The position numbers and the translations under genes are program-made. This document shows, piece after piece, positions 62,901 to 64,000 of a stretch of DNA of 64,000 bases (position 1 is the stretch's first letter; each line of letters starts with the position of its first letter). The DNA is from Candidatus Poribacteria bacterium. GTDB lineage: Bacteria; Poribacteria; WGA-4E; WGA-3G. A model generated the notes under the pieces. That model had not been told where the DNA came from. It made no database searches and saw only the letters and a list, made by a program, of their open reading frames with translations. Where the stretch lies: assembly GCA_965205025.1 (NCBI GenBank), contig CBDBFU010000004.1:89453-153452 (forward strand). Direction: 5' to 3'.

Positions 62901-63935
62901 GGAGCATACCAACACCGTGGAGAACAAGTCTATCCAACAACACCTGCAGTTTTACCACCGATGGTAAAAGGTTCTCCACCAAATCGACTCTCATTGGCAA
63001 AATGGTTGGTTTCACCGAAACATCCACTCACCTCCCGTGTGACGATTAACCGTTTTTGGCAAAATATCTTTGGTAAAGGTATTGTAAAGACATCTGAAGA
63101 TTTCGGAACACAAGGGGCACCACCATCACATCCGGAACTTCTTGATTGGCTTGCTACTGAATTTGTTGAATCTGGTTGGGATATTCAAGCAATGCAGAAA
63201 CTCATGCTTACCTCCTCAACATACAAACAGAGTTCACAGGTTACATCTGAAAAATTGGCACGTGATGCTGACAACATACTACTCTCACGATCCCCAAGGT
63301 ATCGATTCGATGCTGAAATCGTACGGGATAACGCACTTGCTTTAAGTGGATTGTTGTTTACAAAAATTGGTGGTCCAAGTGTCAAGCCTCCACAACCTGG
63401 TGGACTTTGGAAAGCTGTTGGATTTACCGGTTCAAATACTGACACATTTAGAAAGGATGCAGGTGCTGATAAGGTATATCGTAGAAGTCTATATACTTTC
63501 TGGAAAAGAACTGCACCTCCACCACAGATGAATATCTTGGATGCTCCTTCACGTGAAGCATGCACAATTCGTAGGGAACGTACAAATACCCCTATGCAGG
63601 CATTAATGCTGATGAACGATCCGCAATTCGTTGAAGCAGCACGCGTCTTTGCTGAACGGATTATAAAAGAGGGTGGACAAACTCCTGAAGAACGGATTGC
63701 TTACATATTTGAGGTGGCAACAGCACGCGAACCTAAACCTCAGGAAGCTTCATTAATTCTTGAAACGATGCAGGTACATGAGGAAGAACTGAAAGCCAAT
63801 CCTGAAGCAGCTAAGGAATTAATCGCTGTCGGTGAATCAAAACCTGATGAAAAATTAGATGCGGTTGAAGTTGCGACATGGACGATGATTGCAAACCTCA
63901 TCCTCAATCTGGACGAAGTTCTAAACAAAGGTTAA
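59967..63935 (+). CDS. planctomycete cytochrome c (PSCyt1) / DUF1549 / DUF1553 exported protein with acidic insertion
   Basis: Signal peptide, CYACHGPD, NPIDAFV, LIRRLSFDLTGLPP, WLDVARYGD, CAQCHDHKYDP, PSHPELLDWLA, RRSLYTFWKR, TNTPMQAL. Confidence 0.92.
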   Translation: MKSANSSIPLFCVMLCLSLIVFGLHHASADHHETPLKTVDYNQHIRTILSDNCYACHGPDEKARQANLRLDTKEGAFSEPSGYPVLVPEKPDESELYLRIASNDENYKMPPAGFNKTLTPEQIDLIKQWINQGAKWEDHWAFTTPVRPTPPKVKNPEWINNPIDAFVLSLLENEGLQPAKQADKRTLIRRLSFDLTGLPPTLEEIHRFLGDDSSDAYEKLIDAYMAKPEYGEHMARFWLDVARYGDTHGLHLDNYREMWPYRDWVIKAFNDKMPFDQFTVEQLAGDLLTQPTLDQKIATGFNRCHVTTSEGGSIADEYYVRYAVDRANTTATVWMGLTAGCAQCHDHKYDPISQKEYYQLYAYFNNITENAMDGNRKDSPPIVKLPTPEQQAQLDRYDNRIAELDAQTKGALPEVDAAQTAWENRMPQWTPVKPNVVRSKGLATLTINEDNSVLASGINPDDEVYEIIAELPAGKWTAVRLEGLTDQSLPGKGIGRSDNSNVVLSGFTVDIASPADSEQLLNEAKEAAAMDAEAAKIKAEQLAEEARIAEEAKKAAEAKAQAEEDAETTDPAPEEAETPVEEAEEETPTDVDTPPEEEVENAETPPEETATEETTPEETPTEDAAPEETPTEADDKTTEETEEKVEEKNPWTPINIVKAWADYEQAGDNFVIANAIDDKPESGWGLESNKNRGNNRQAIFLVGNHFGTDGGLLRIRLKHESESKKHHFGRFRIAISDAPTIYPIGSKVALSNWHSAGPFAAEHGNIAFYNVYEPETKPVNTGDKFTFGTQTIEWKQQTHWKDEEVHNDIIGENSATYLTRNINSETKQKATLFLSSNDAIKVWVNQSEVLASNIQRDAAPDTDKVQIQLNSGNNVLLLKVVNYSGPSGFYFRMESDAPMVTANIVDIAALEKGKQNGEQQTKIREYYRRNVSKDKELKQLYADLGDTQNKRNSLNNSLTTTLVMQERSEPRGAYVLERGAYQHRGEQVYPTTPAVLPPMVKGSPPNRLSLAKWLVSPKHPLTSRVTINRFWQNIFGKGIVKTSEDFGTQGAPPSHPELLDWLATEFVESGWDIQAMQKLMLTSSTYKQSSQVTSEKLARDADNILLSRSPRYRFDAEIVRDNALALSGLLFTKIGGPSVKPPQPGGLWKAVGFTGSNTDTFRKDAGADKVYRRSLYTFWKRTAPPPQMNILDAPSREACTIRRERTNTPMQALMLMNDPQFVEAARVFAERIIKEGGQTPEERIAYIFEVATAREPKPQEASLILETMQVHEEELKANPEAAKELIAVGESKPDEKLDAVEVATWTMIANLILNLDEVLNKG

Positions 63936-63945
63936 TTATTTATAT

Positions 63946-63973
63946 TTGGGTGCGACATATTAGTCGCACCCAA
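63946..63973 (+). terminator. perfect 11-bp hairpin after the PSCyt gene (terminator or processing stem)
   Basis: TTGGGTGCGAC-ATATTA-GTCGCACCCAA; weak U tract. Confidence 0.55.
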
Positions 63974-64000
63974 CTTATATAATGACAACCTAAACCTATA

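Overview
AT-rich (roughly 35-40% GC by eye), gene-dense bacterial chromosomal window with about 45 CDS and no rRNA, tRNA or CRISPR array that I can support. The gene mix (several PhyH-type Fe/2OG enzymes, WD40 propellers, an FGE-sulfatase domain, DUF1549/DUF1553 cytochrome proteins, AAA+PD-(D/E)XK, an ECF sigma fusion, GTAG-type palindromes) suggests Candidatus Poribacteria or a similar lineage; this is inference only. The left part is housekeeping (TamB/POTRA pair, tlyA, dxs, xseAB, ymdB, pyrE, selenocysteine-containing selD). The middle has catabolic genes, a 3-kb decayed mobile/repeat region (25.75-28.86 kb) and lon. The most unusual feature is one uninterrupted 1104-aa ORF (37269-40583) that fuses a complete ECF sigma factor to a DNA polymerase III alpha (DnaE) core. 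That core keeps the three catalytic aspartates but ends before the clamp-binding, OB and tau domains. Also notable: two tandem PhyH-family enzymes with a halogenase-like His-X-Ala iron motif, a 27-bp dyad motif in three copies with compensatory changes, and several nested-hairpin repeat elements. All protein calls come from motif recognition by eye; no searches were run.
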